Below, one piece after another: positions 1-9,565 of a stretch of DNA of 64,000 bases. The position numbers were made by a program, and so were the translations under genes. Source of the DNA: a virus. The notes under the pieces are model-generated. The model was given only the letters and a program-made list of their open reading frames with translations. It searched no databases and was not told the DNA's origin. The stretch lies in the IMG/VR virus record IMGVR_UViG_3300031853_000033, positions 3,494 to 67,493 of that record. One strand, 5' to 3'. Position 1 is the stretch's first letter; each line of letters begins with the position of its first letter.

Positions 1-182
1 CTGCCAAATTCGGCAAAATCATTGATCTCTACGGTCTTTCCTTCCTCAAGAAGCCTTGCCATAGTTACTGGGAAAATCTTCATAAGTGTCACCGCAGATT
101 CGATTGTTACCGGCGGCATATCCGTATTCTTAATGTCCTTTACCATTTCTCTTGCAAATTCGCCTGTTTTAACATCTGCCAT
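1..182 (-). CDS. HU/IHF-like DNA-binding protein, N-terminal 60 aa only; the gene continues beyond the window start.
   Basis: RBS GGAGG then ATG at 182 (minus). Translation MADVKTGEFAREMVKDIKNTDMPPVTIESAVTLMKIFPVTMARLLEEGKTVEINDFAEFG resembles the HU fold (two helices then an FG-x-F arm start). Confidence 0.35.
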   Translation of the reverse strand, partial: MADVKTGEFAREMVKDIKNTDMPPVTIESAVTLMKIFPVTMARLLEEGKTVEINDFAEFG

Positions 183-185
183 AAA

Positions 186-905
186 TTAACCTCCCAAATA
201 AATTTCTGTACCTTTATCTGCAAGCCAGAATGACTGCTCGATAAATTCTTCTTCCATCTCCATTTTGACCGCATACGGATTGATGTTGTCTCTGCTGAGA
301 TGGATAAGTCCCACTGTGCTGAGACCGGGATGCAAAATGCTTCGAATGAATTGCTTGCAGGTCTGAACTTCCATATGTCCGAGGAACACATGATTATAAT
401 TCTCGGCATTCACATCCACGTTCTCTTTTGCGTAGTTGCACTCAATCATCAAATGATTGATTTTTTGACCGGCAAAGTTATACGGGCAATACTCCAAATC
501 CGTCATAAACAGGAGCTTCCCGAATCCGGGATGGCTGATCAGGAATCCGTCACACTCAGTCTCGTTGTGAGGGACGCTGAAAGCCACCGCCTTAAAATTG
601 CCGACAGAAAAAGAGGTATTCCGCTTGACTCCGAAAATTTTAAAACCGGATTTGCCGGAGATATCTTCTGATACCTCTCTGCTTGCGAATATCGGAAACC
701 CGTACTTCGAATACTTCTTGACGTAGGCCGAGTGATCGTTATGAACATGAGAAATCAAACAGCCGGCTACTTTCGAAGTTTCGAAGTTGATTGCTTTCAA
801 AAAATCCTTCGTATCGACTCCGCATTCTAGGAGAAGATACTCGCCATTCTGCTCAATCACATATCCGTTTCCGCTACTGCCGGAGTTAAGAACTTTTACA
901 GTCAT
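186..905 (-). CDS. Metallo-beta-lactamase-fold hydrolase, a likely phage recombination nuclease.
   Basis: HxHxDH motif (SHVHNDHS). Sits with the RecT-like and SbcC-like genes in one leftward operon. Confidence 0.8.
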   Translation of the reverse strand: MTVKVLNSGSSGNGYVIEQNGEYLLLECGVDTKDFLKAINFETSKVAGCLISHVHNDHSAYVKKYSKYGFPIFASREVSEDISGKSGFKIFGVKRNTSFSVGNFKAVAFSVPHNETECDGFLISHPGFGKLLFMTDLEYCPYNFAGQKINHLMIECNYAKENVDVNAENYNHVFLGHMEVQTCKQFIRSILHPGLSTVGLIHLSRDNINPYAVKMEMEEEFIEQSFWLADKGTEIYLGG

Positions 906-1042
906 TTGAAATACCTCTTTTTTTCTGATTCCTGTATGTAAAATCGAGGACTAATTATCAGTACCCTATAATTTCCTCGACTGAAGGGAGTTATGCTCTC
1001 AAACGCCTATTGCAATAAGGGCTAGAGAGCGTAAAATTGATT

Positions 1043-1336
1043 CTACGAACGTAGACTACTCATCCTCTGACGAAATTCTTCTTTTTGCTCCTCCGTGAGA
1101 ACTCTCACCGTCTTCTTTGACCGGAGCGAAATCAAACTGGTCGGACACTCATATGACTTACCGATGACTTCGCCTTTTATGGTCTCGGTTCCCGTACATT
1201 TCCAAAAGTCGGGATTATTTTCGACAAGCTTATCCAGTTTGTTGATGTACCTGGTATCGCTTGCATAGACCTTTGCGACTTTATCATTTCTGCCGAAGCT
1301 GATATGCACTTCCTGCTCGTCACTGCTCAAACTCAT
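1043..1336 (-). CDS. Hypothetical small protein.
   Basis: ORF in operon context, overlapping the next gene by 17 nt. No recognisable motif. Confidence 0.4.
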   Translation of the reverse strand: MSLSSDEQEVHISFGRNDKVAKVYASDTRYINKLDKLVENNPDFWKCTGTETIKGEVIGKSYECPTSLISLRSKKTVRVLTEEQKEEFRQRMSSLRS

Positions 1337-2339
1337 TGCTTACCTCCGTCATTTGCGAATCCAGTTCCGTCATTTCTCCGTCAATGACGAAGTCCTGAGA
1401 GTTTTGACGTTCTTCTATTTCGGCCTGAGATGTCTTGTAGACCTCGTCAGTCTGACTCATTGCATTGTTCTGCATGGTATTGAAGTCGAGTTTGAACTGT
1501 TTCATTGCCTTGTTCTTCATCTTCCGAAGAATCATTCCTTCCTGAGAGTCGAGCCAAGAAGGTGACATATATGGAATTGCAGACTCGACCTCCAACATTT
1601 CATCAAGAATGTCGCATTTCTTCAAAGCAGCGAGGATCTCTTTCTTCTTCTCGTCAATTTGAGCCTTGGCTTCTTTTGATGCCTTGAATCTACTCTCGGC
1701 AAGTCCGAATGTTTCGTTCTGGAGATTCTGTTTTACATGAGCAAACAGGCTCTGCATAACATCGTCTCTCTCGGCAATGGCATATTCAGTCCTGCCGTTG
1801 CTCATCAGAACCGGATAAACAACAGCGACATACTTCTTGCCGCCCCGGACCTTTTTATATTTCGGTGGAGTAATGTCAAGCCCTGTGTATTCCGGATACT
1901 CAAAAATATCTGTATCTTTAATTTCCCAAGGCTTGCCTACCTCTTTGACTCCATATCCGTATCTGCGGACAAGAGATTCGTATCCTTCGCCCTGGATGCC
2001 CATCTCAATGCGCTTTGTCCATTTTCCGGAACCTAACTGCACATTCCTTACAGAGAAGTACACCTCTCCTTTTGCAGGAGTAAGTTGTAATGATGCACAG
2101 TTTGTACACGCCTGTGCCGCACTGTCCAAAAATTTAGGATCGCCCAGTAAGTTGATGTCAAGGTTCGGCGTGACTTCAAGCATATGTTTCATTCCTTCAA
2201 ATGCTTCTTTCGCGCACCTTTGCTGATAGTCGCTCGGAACCAGATCCATTTTCGAAAAAGCAAATTTTACTTCGTCCTGCACCCACACAAGCCAGTTGCC
2301 TGTCTCAGTGGTGGACGCTTTCGCCAATTCATTTGCCAC
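1320..2339 (-). CDS. RecT-like single-strand annealing protein (SSAP).
   Basis: Segments (QGEGYESLVRRYGYGVKEV, IKDTDIFEY, YVAVVYPVLMSNGRTEYAIAERDDV) fit the RecT family pattern. Neighbours are an ATPase and an MBL nuclease. Confidence 0.45.
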   Translation of the reverse strand: MANELAKASTTETGNWLVWVQDEVKFAFSKMDLVPSDYQQRCAKEAFEGMKHMLEVTPNLDINLLGDPKFLDSAAQACTNCASLQLTPAKGEVYFSVRNVQLGSGKWTKRIEMGIQGEGYESLVRRYGYGVKEVGKPWEIKDTDIFEYPEYTGLDITPPKYKKVRGGKKYVAVVYPVLMSNGRTEYAIAERDDVMQSLFAHVKQNLQNETFGLAESRFKASKEAKAQIDEKKKEILAALKKCDILDEMLEVESAIPYMSPSWLDSQEGMILRKMKNKAMKQFKLDFNTMQNNAMSQTDEVYKTSQAEIEERQNSQDFVIDGEMTELDSQMTEVSNEFEQ

Positions 2340-2536
2340 TTATATCCCTCCTTTTTATTTCGGTGTAACATTCACCGGATAAAATACACCTTTGGTTATT
2401 TCTCTCTGCGGTTTCTGAAACGGACATTTGCCTTTTCTCGGCTTCGGAACCTTCGCAAGGGCAAGGCATTTACCGCTTACTCTTGCAAAACAAGAACCTT
2501 CAAACATGCAATTTGGTCTATCTGCCGGCACCGTCA

Positions 2537-4471
2537 TCACCTCACAGTCAAGATATCGTCATCCGTCACCTTCAGCAGGATCAACTGGCAATCCATGTTC
2601 GGCTGATTATCGGAAGACAAGCATTCTGCATTATCGATCCATATCGGAGCATGAATGCCGTACAGTTTCTGGAAGGTCTTAATGATATCGAGAGCCACTG
2701 TAATCTGATGACCTGTGTTCAAAGAGTCATATTTGACTCCGTTATACATAATCTCGCAGGTCTCTTTGATGCCACCGTTCAGCTGCTTTTCAAACATCGT
2801 GAAATGTGCCAGTTCGAAGTTGGAGTTAATCTTCTGAGTCAACATTTCACTCTGTTTCCGGCTGAATTCTTCGCAAAGAATGACAACATGTTCGGCATCC
2901 GCAGTACGCTGTCCGAGGTCTCTCTGTTCCTTTTGTAAAGACTGGATTCGCTGTTTAACTGTATCGTTCGAAGCAATCACTGCATTGGCTTCTGTAATGC
3001 TTCTTTCCGTATCCGCAAGCATGGATTTCAGTTCGATTAGGTCGATTTCCATCTTACGGATTTCATCTGTTTTTTCGGACATTTTTTCAAGCCGAGAGCG
3101 CAGATAAGCAATATGTTCACCCATCGTTTTGATGGTTTGATTGTCAGAAACATCTGCTCTTTCCGGCAAGGAATTGTATTCCTTTTCGGCATCTTTGAAG
3201 TCTGCTTCTGCCTGTCTGAATTTATCCATTGCATCAAGAAAAAGAGTGTTGTGTTCGCTTGCCTTACCTGCCATCGCATCGCAATGAGCTTTGATTTTAC
3301 GTGCCTTTCCCTTCACTGCAAACGCATCATTACCCTTCTTCTCTTCGAAGTTCTTATGGAATTCGTCCACTCTTTCCTGTGGAAATCTCTGACCGCAAGT
3401 CGGGCAAATTTCGGTAGAAGTATTAAACTGCCGAAGCTGAATCTCAGCGTACTCGGCCTTTAAATCGCCGAGTGTTTTAAGGTCATCATTGTATTCCTGC
3501 GCATACCTTTTGTAGTATGACCTGTAGTTCTCTGCATCGAATTTTGCCGAATTCATAGCTGCTCTTGTGCTCGATACACGGTCGTAAGCGGCCTGTTTTT
3601 TCTCCCGAAAATCTTGCTGAATCGAGTTATAAAGAGCATCACATTCCTGCTCTGCCTTGGCAATTTCCTGCTTGATTTTCTGCGATTCATCCTCGCTTTT
3701 TACCGCAGAAATCATCTCTTCCTGTGCCTTAATCTTGCCGAGAAGAGTGGCTTTTTGCTCTTCCAAAGAGCGAATATCCGGCACATCTGTAAGCTGTTTT
3801 GATGCTTCATCGATGCGGATCGGAACCTCTTCCTGTTCCTTTTTGAGCCGAGATAACTGCTTCTTGGCTTTTGCCATAGCACCGTCAATGCCACCTAAAA
3901 GCACATCATCACGAATGACTTTCCAGTGTTCGGGATCGCTGTTCAGCAGGTCTTCCGGAGTGTAATCTCCGCAGAGAGACAGCAGTTTTTCTCGCTTCTT
4001 ATCTGCTTTCATCGAAGCGAAGAAGTAACAATCCGTCAGCAATCGGAAGTCATCTTCTTTGATGAGAGAAGCAATAAACTCATCATATTCTCTCTTAGTT
4101 TTCGGGAATCCGTTGATGTAAAATTCGTTGGTGTTGGCTGTCAGTTCCTTAGTCTCACAGCCTCTCTTCTTCGTCCATTTTTCCTTCTGAACCTTTTTCA
4201 GTTCATACGTAACATCGTTCCATTCGATAACTGCTCTGCCCATAATTTCAAGGTTGTGAACAGGATCGCCATTTTCATCCACCGACCGGATGAGAAGCTT
4301 CTGACTGCCGGACGAATCCTTGTCAAAACAGATCCAGTTGAACGCATCATAAAGTGTAGATTTGCCTGTAGCATTCTTGCCACATATAGAAGTGATATTA
4401 CTGAAATCAATCAGCGTATGTTTGCATCCCTTGAAGTTTTCCAATTCCAGGGTCTTCAAAAATAACTTCAT
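2537..4471 (-). CDS. SbcC/Rad50-like AAA ATPase with long coiled coil and CxxC zinc-hook-like motif.
   Basis: N-terminal Walker A (GKNATGKST) in an SbcC-type N-terminus. Central coiled coil with CPTCGQ. C-terminal Walker B/D-loop-like IWIDNAE. Confidence 0.75.
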   Translation of the reverse strand: MKLFLKTLELENFKGCKHTLIDFSNITSICGKNATGKSTLYDAFNWICFDKDSSGSQKLLIRSVDENGDPVHNLEIMGRAVIEWNDVTYELKKVQKEKWTKKRGCETKELTANTNEFYINGFPKTKREYDEFIASLIKEDDFRLLTDCYFFASMKADKKREKLLSLCGDYTPEDLLNSDPEHWKVIRDDVLLGGIDGAMAKAKKQLSRLKKEQEEVPIRIDEASKQLTDVPDIRSLEEQKATLLGKIKAQEEMISAVKSEDESQKIKQEIAKAEQECDALYNSIQQDFREKKQAAYDRVSSTRAAMNSAKFDAENYRSYYKRYAQEYNDDLKTLGDLKAEYAEIQLRQFNTSTEICPTCGQRFPQERVDEFHKNFEEKKGNDAFAVKGKARKIKAHCDAMAGKASEHNTLFLDAMDKFRQAEADFKDAEKEYNSLPERADVSDNQTIKTMGEHIAYLRSRLEKMSEKTDEIRKMEIDLIELKSMLADTERSITEANAVIASNDTVKQRIQSLQKEQRDLGQRTADAEHVVILCEEFSRKQSEMLTQKINSNFELAHFTMFEKQLNGGIKETCEIMYNGVKYDSLNTGHQITVALDIIKTFQKLYGIHAPIWIDNAECLSSDNQPNMDCQLILLKVTDDDILTVR

Positions 4472-4542
4472 TTATTTTCCTTTCTGTGCTATAATGCACT
4501 TGTGTTCAAAATCCTTTCGAGCACTGAGCCGTGACATTCTCC

Positions 4543-4857
4543 TCATTTTGTCATGGCTCTTTTCATTTCTAGTTCAGCGGCTTCTTTGGCATTCTCCTTC
4601 ATGTCGCATTTTGTGTACCATTCATAGAACGTCTTTTCTCTTCCTGTCCAAACTTCCTTGACATCGTCATAGTCAAAGCTCCGTGTTTCCCCTTCGTCTT
4701 CCACGAAACCTTCTCTGTTAACCGCCAGTACGATGACGCATACGATCAGGCCGAACAAGAACACTGCTACCCCGAGCAGGAATGCATTTTCGAGTGCAAA
4801 GCCGCCGGCGAACATTCCGATTATTCCGAGTAAATAGATTTTCTCCCCTTTGTTCAT
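4543..4857 (-). CDS. Small membrane protein with two predicted TM helices.
   Basis: Hydrophobic stretches LLGIIGMFAGGFALENAFLLGVAVFLFGLIVCVIVLAV. Confidence 0.5.
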   Translation of the reverse strand: MNKGEKIYLLGIIGMFAGGFALENAFLLGVAVFLFGLIVCVIVLAVNREGFVEDEGETRSFDYDDVKEVWTGREKTFYEWYTKCDMKENAKEAAELEMKRAMTK

Positions 4858-4875
4858 TTCCTTGCCCTCTTAGTG

Positions 4876-5385
4876 TCAGTATCCCTGTTCTTTGGCTATC
4901 TTTCTTGCCAGTGCGTTATCGTCAGCTTCTTTCATAAGTCCGGCGATGCCGTTTCTCGGAATCCAAGCTTCGATGTCATTTATTGCGCTGACATAATTTC
5001 CTTTCTTCGTTGTGCGGTACGGATATGCAAGATGTCCTTTATTGCTCACCTCAAGTCTGAGACGTTTTCTGAAAAGTCTGCCATACTTGGCGTTGATGGT
5101 TCTCTCTTCTACAGTCCACTTCTCAGGATTAACACCTACCCCAAGAAGGTTATATACGGTCTTGCTAATCGCAGAATCGATAGCGTTCTGCTGTTCGTAT
5201 GTAATCTCCTCACTGTATTTAAGCTGTTCTACCTCACCTTTAATGGTAGTAACGTCATCTTTTATACCTTCAACTTCTTTTCCTATACCAACTATCGTAC
5301 CGACAAGGGCATTTACGTTCTGAGACTGCTGTGCCACCAGATCCATAAGTTGTTGCATGTTGTAATGGTTTCCTACTTCATTCAT
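4876..5385 (-). CDS. Hypothetical early phage protein.
   Basis: ORF in the early operon. Coiled-coil N-terminus. No confident family assignment. Confidence 0.4.
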   Translation of the reverse strand: MNEVGNHYNMQQLMDLVAQQSQNVNALVGTIVGIGKEVEGIKDDVTTIKGEVEQLKYSEEITYEQQNAIDSAISKTVYNLLGVGVNPEKWTVEERTINAKYGRLFRKRLRLEVSNKGHLAYPYRTTKKGNYVSAINDIEAWIPRNGIAGLMKEADDNALARKIAKEQGY

Positions 5386-6326
5386 TCAATAATTCCCTCC
5401 ATATTCGCTTTCATTTGAGCCGCCCATGCCTCAATAGCATTCACAGCTTTTATGTATCCAATTCTTTCACTTTCTTCCATGTTGCTGATCTCTTGAGTAA
5501 GCCATATATAGCCGCCGTACTTCTCAATGAAATTAGAAACGCCTGCGCAGAAAAACAATGCGCTTCTCTTGATGTTTTCAGCTTTCTCGTTTTCCGGGCG
5601 ATTCATCTCTGAAATGATGCTGTTTTTCTCGGCCTCAGCTTTTTTCCATTTATCTGCCATTTCGTCATAACGTTTACGCATATCGGAAAAATCTTTTTTA
5701 TAACTGTCAGAGAGTTTCGCTTTTTCTTTAAGAGACTCATAATCAGCAGGAACTTTTTCCACAGTCTTCGTGACTACTTTAGGATCTGCATTTTGCAGTT
5801 CCTCGACTTGGCTTTGCAGATAATCCCGTTCTTCTTTTAGGTCAGTCATTTCGGCTTTAATCTTGTCACGCTCCGCTTTGATTTCTTTCAGGACTTGTGT
5901 CTTCGTGACTACTTCGCCATTGGCAATCGCTTCATCGATGACTTTTTGGACAATCTCGGGATTCTTCGCCATCTGTTGATAATCCTTGGCTTCTCGTTCG
6001 CTATAGCCCATTTCTTTGACTGCTTCGGTTTTTGTTTTTACATTCTGGACGCCGTTGTCCTGAATGGTAGATGCGAAACCTTGGGCTTTCGGGATTGTCA
6101 GAAGTAACTCCCCAATCCTCTGCTCTGCCGCAATCAATGCTGTTGAGATTTCCTGTGCTTCTTTTAATGTCTGATCTCTGATTTCCTGCGCAACAGATAA
6201 TTTGTTGACTGTCTGAAGTTTCAGCATATACGCTTGCAGCTTCGCTTTTCCGACAAGGACAAATTGCGTTAGGTCTTCCAACGTGTCCGGAAGTTGAATG
6301 CTTTCATATTCAACAACTTCGTTCAC
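5382..6326 (-). CDS. Hypothetical coiled-coil early protein.
   Basis: GTG start with AGGAGG RBS. Long charged coiled-coil region. Function unknown. Confidence 0.4.
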   Translation of the reverse strand: MNEVVEYESIQLPDTLEDLTQFVLVGKAKLQAYMLKLQTVNKLSVAQEIRDQTLKEAQEISTALIAAEQRIGELLLTIPKAQGFASTIQDNGVQNVKTKTEAVKEMGYSEREAKDYQQMAKNPEIVQKVIDEAIANGEVVTKTQVLKEIKAERDKIKAEMTDLKEERDYLQSQVEELQNADPKVVTKTVEKVPADYESLKEKAKLSDSYKKDFSDMRKRYDEMADKWKKAEAEKNSIISEMNRPENEKAENIKRSALFFCAGVSNFIEKYGGYIWLTQEISNMEESERIGYIKAVNAIEAWAAQMKANMEGIIE

Positions 6327-6420
6327 TTGCTCTCCTCCTGTTTAATATTGCTGACATTCCAGGCGCCGCCGTAGCGACCTTCGTATATCAGTCGCAATGC
6401 TTTGAGCAGTGTTTCAGGAA

Positions 6421-6687
6421 TCATATCTCTTCACCGCCTTTGTGTTCAAAGTTTTTAACACTCGGGGTAAAAAAATAAGTAGATATGTCCTCATATTCAA
6501 GTCCAAGCAATTCGGTTGCTTTAACAATATCCGGCTGTCCCCACGGTACTTTACCGCTCATTTTAAGTGACATTGTACGCTCAGACCATTCCATTGCATC
6601 GGCAAAATTGCCCTGTGTGCCGAATTTCTCGACAATTCTTCCCCGAAGTTTTGAATAGTCAAATCCCAATTTCTCCAAACGCTTCAC
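6421..6687 (-). CDS. Cro-like small HTH regulator (DUF739-like), divergent from the repressor gene.
   Basis: 88 aa with GTG start. HTH-like segment GNFADAMEWSERTMSLKMSG. Divergent arrangement with the XRE repressor. Confidence 0.55.
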   Translation of the reverse strand: MKRLEKLGFDYSKLRGRIVEKFGTQGNFADAMEWSERTMSLKMSGKVPWGQPDIVKATELLGLEYEDISTYFFTPSVKNFEHKGGEEI

Positions 6688-6727
6688 CGCCTTTCTGTTT
6701 TTGTTGTTCTAAGTTTTTAACAAACTC

Positions 6728-6756
6728 ATAATATCATCATCAACTGGTTATGTCAA
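6728..6756 (-). promoter_or_regulatory. Putative sigma70 promoter for the cro-like gene.
   Basis: On the minus strand: TTGACA, 17-nt spacer, TATTAT. Confidence 0.4.
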
Positions 6757-6796
6757 TAACCAAATTCATTTTTTTTAACATTCTGAATATCTTCTC

Positions 6797-6825
6797 TTGA
6801 ACTATACTTCAAAGCATGGTATACT
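6797..6825 (+). promoter_or_regulatory. Putative sigma70 promoter for the repressor/immA/int operon.
   Basis: TTGAAC (6797-6802), 17-nt spacer, TATACT (6820-6825). AAGGAGG RBS at 6847. Confidence 0.45.
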
Positions 6826-6860
6826 TTCCTTATAAAAGCAAATCACAAGGAGGTGCTGAA

Positions 6861-7439
6861 ATGGAAAAAGAAAACACCGCAATCCGCTTGAAAAAGATAA
6901 TGCAGGAGAGAGATCTCCGGCAAGTCGATATTTTGGAACTCGCAAAACCGTACTGCAAGAAATTTGGAGTAAAAATGAATCGGTCGGATTTGAGCCAATA
7001 TGTGTCTGGCAAAACAGAACCGAATCAAAACAAACTGTTCGTCCTTGCAAATGCTCTGAATGTTAACGAAGCGTGGCTTATGGGCTACGGCGATAATCCT
7101 GCTCGAAATCCGAAACAAGAACTCGCAGACGGCATCAGTCAAAAAATAGAATCGGAATCGGTCGATCCGTCAAAAGTTCTGTATAATTTTGAAGTCACAA
7201 GAGACGAAATGAAGATGCTTCAGAAATATCGCGATTTGGATGAGCATGGAACGGACATTGTAAATACCGTCTTGAAGAAAGAATTTGACAGATGTGCTGA
7301 CGAGCAAAAGCACGGCATTCCTCTGACAAGAGAAATTTTGGAACAGATCCCGTTTGAACAGAGACTGGCACTGCTGAAGTATGAAGACGAGCCGGAATTT
7401 AAACTTGTAGCAAGGAAAAGAGGTAAGAGAGATGTTTGA
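6861..7439 (+). CDS. immR: XRE-family HTH repressor (ImmR/cI-like).
   Basis: N-terminal Cro/C1-type HTH (IRLKKIMQERDLRQVDILELAK...SDLSQYVSGKTEPNQNKLFVLANALNVNEAWL). Start assigned at ATG 6861 after the AAGGAGG RBS. Confidence 0.8.
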   Translation: MEKENTAIRLKKIMQERDLRQVDILELAKPYCKKFGVKMNRSDLSQYVSGKTEPNQNKLFVLANALNVNEAWLMGYGDNPARNPKQELADGISQKIESESVDPSKVLYNFEVTRDEMKMLQKYRDLDEHGTDIVNTVLKKEFDRCADEQKHGIPLTREILEQIPFEQRLALLKYEDEPEFKLVARKRGKRDV

Positions 7440-8184
7440 GAAAGAGGTACTCGCTCTTTACAAATTTGCCGGGATCAAATCTTTTCCTATAGACATATAT
7501 GCGATCATCGCTGTTCTCGGCTACAGGATACTGACCTACAAAGAAGCCGCTTCTAATGAATCACAACTTCAAAGAATGAAACTAATATCCGGCGATGCAT
7601 TTGTTATCCGAAAATCAAAAGTCATCTGCTATAACGATCAAGTGCCTTTTGAAGAACGAATCAGATTCTCTCTTGCCCACGAAGTCGGGCATATCGTCAT
7701 GATGACGGATGATGAAGATATAGCTGATGCATTTGCAGCTGCTCTCCTCGCTCCGCAATCGATGATATTTGCCCGTCAAATCAAAACAGCGGAAAAGATA
7801 TCGGAGGCATTTCAAATATCCGTCACAGCGGCAAATAAAGCGGTTCTCGACCGTCCTGTGTTTCCGACAGATGATATGCTTGCCATGATAGATTACTTCG
7901 GAGAACGCCACACCTGTCCATGGCCTTTCAATCAGCCTGATGCAGTTGTCGCAAAATCTGCACCGGTTCCTGCTAAGATTGTTCATGCCGAAATTAAACA
8001 GTTCCCGAAAAAAGATAACCGTCAGAAGATAGCAAGTCTCCGCAGACAGATTGCCAGAATCAATACATCCATTCTTAATATAGATTTTCAAGATAAAGAC
8101 GCACAAACCAAATACGATAAATATAAAGCCAAACTGAGAGAAGCCGAACAAAGGTTGTCCTATCTCACTGAGGAGGTGATGTAA
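7432..8184 (+). CDS. immA: ImmA/IrrE-family zinc metallopeptidase (anti-repressor protease).
   Basis: HEXXH motif (AHEVGHIV). Overlaps the repressor gene and precedes int, as in immR-immA-int modules. Confidence 0.8.
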   Translation: MFEKEVLALYKFAGIKSFPIDIYAIIAVLGYRILTYKEAASNESQLQRMKLISGDAFVIRKSKVICYNDQVPFEERIRFSLAHEVGHIVMMTDDEDIADAFAAALLAPQSMIFARQIKTAEKISEAFQISVTAANKAVLDRPVFPTDDMLAMIDYFGERHTCPWPFNQPDAVVAKSAPVPAKIVHAEIKQFPKKDNRQKIASLRRQIARINTSILNIDFQDKDAQTKYDKYKAKLREAEQRLSYLTEEVM

Positions 8185-9530
8185 TGCCAATTATCAGAGC
8201 CGCACTCTACATGCGTGTAAGTACAGATAAACAGGTGAAGGAAGGAGACAGCATCGCCGCACAGCAATCTGCTCTACAGAAATACGCAAAAGAAAAAGGA
8301 TATGTCATCGTAGGAGAATACATAGACGATGGTATAAGCGGCACCAAAGCCGACAGAGATGAATACCAAAAAATGTTATCGGATGTGCAAGAAAGAAAAA
8401 TAGATCTTTTGATTTGCACAAAACTAGACAGAATACATAGAGGATTAAAAAACTTTCTTTTGATGCAAGAAATATTTGATAAATACGGAGTTAATTGGAT
8501 TGCTATCTGGGAACCGATTTACGATACATCCACTCCGCAAGGCAGATTGATTATCAATCAAATGATGTCCATAGCGCAGTTTGAAGCAGAAAACACATCG
8601 CAAAGAATAAAACAGGTCTTCCAATATAAAGCGGAAAAAGGCGAAGCCTTGTCAGGCAATGTACCGCTGGGATATAAAATTCAAGACAAACATCTTGTTC
8701 CTGACGAGAATGCAGAGTATATTCTGCAAGCGTTTGTCTATTTTGCACAAACGTCTTCTATCTTCGGTACAATGAATCACTTCTCTCATCTTGGGATTTT
8801 TCCAAAGACGAGAGGCTCATTTAAGTGGCTGCTTAAAAACGAGAAGTATAAAGGATGTTACAAAGGCAAATCCGGCTATTGTCCTGCTATTGTACCGAAA
8901 GAACTTTTTGATGATGTCCAGAATAAATTGCTGAAGGATGTCAGGAAGAGTCAAAAACACACATACATTTTTTCGTCACTTGTTGTCTGTAAAGAGTGCG
9001 GTTGTAAAATGACAGGGCAATTGCACTATAGCTATAAAGGATCTAAACCGCAGAAGGTGTATATCTGCAAGAGCCACTACAATATGCGTCCCAGAACGTG
9101 CTCCAACGCAAAGAAACTGAATCAAAATGTTTTGGAACGTTACCTTCTCGAAAACATAAAGCCGTTATTGGAAATGAAAGTCGATGCGGTCCGGAAAGAA
9201 AAAGAAACGGATAATTCTGCAAGGATCGCATATCTGGAAAAGAAGATTAAGAAGCTGAAAGAACTGTACATCAATGACCTTATTGATTTGAAAGAATACA
9301 AGGAAGATAAAGAGTCAGCACTAGCCGAAATAAACGCTCTGCAAGCCCACAGAACGGTCGATACGAAGCCGTATGAAGATTTTATCAAACTGAACATTGG
9401 AGAGCAATACAAGACGTTTACGGACGCTGAGAAGCGTATATTCTGGAGAGCATTGATAGATAAGATAGTATTCGATACGGACAGAAATCTTTCTGTTTTA
9501 TTTTTAGAGCATTATGGGGGTTCTAAGTAA
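8184..9530 (+). CDS. int: Large serine recombinase (phage integrase).
   Basis: N-terminal resolvase catalytic domain (YMRVSTDKQ). Recombinase domain. Cys-rich zinc ribbon (CKECGCKM...CKSHY...C). C-terminal coiled coil. 448 aa. Confidence 0.9.
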   Translation: MPIIRAALYMRVSTDKQVKEGDSIAAQQSALQKYAKEKGYVIVGEYIDDGISGTKADRDEYQKMLSDVQERKIDLLICTKLDRIHRGLKNFLLMQEIFDKYGVNWIAIWEPIYDTSTPQGRLIINQMMSIAQFEAENTSQRIKQVFQYKAEKGEALSGNVPLGYKIQDKHLVPDENAEYILQAFVYFAQTSSIFGTMNHFSHLGIFPKTRGSFKWLLKNEKYKGCYKGKSGYCPAIVPKELFDDVQNKLLKDVRKSQKHTYIFSSLVVCKECGCKMTGQLHYSYKGSKPQKVYICKSHYNMRPRTCSNAKKLNQNVLERYLLENIKPLLEMKVDAVRKEKETDNSARIAYLEKKIKKLKELYINDLIDLKEYKEDKESALAEINALQAHRTVDTKPYEDFIKLNIGEQYKTFTDAEKRIFWRALIDKIVFDTDRNLSVLFLEHYGGSK

Positions 9531-9565
9531 AGGTAGCCGTTCCGATACAGCCTATTAGAACCCCC
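9516..9565. other. Candidate attP core: perfect 11-bp inverted repeat GGGGGTTCTAA / TTAGAACCCCC with a 28-nt spacer, overlapping the int stop codon.
   Basis: Read directly from the sequence. Size and architecture fit serine-integrase attP sites. Lies between int and the last late gene. Confidence 0.3.

Noticed and set aside
9516-9565. 11-bp inverted repeat as a rho-independent terminator for int.
   Set aside because: The loop is 28 nt and no T-run follows, which is atypical for an intrinsic terminator. The attP interpretation is preferred, though unproven.
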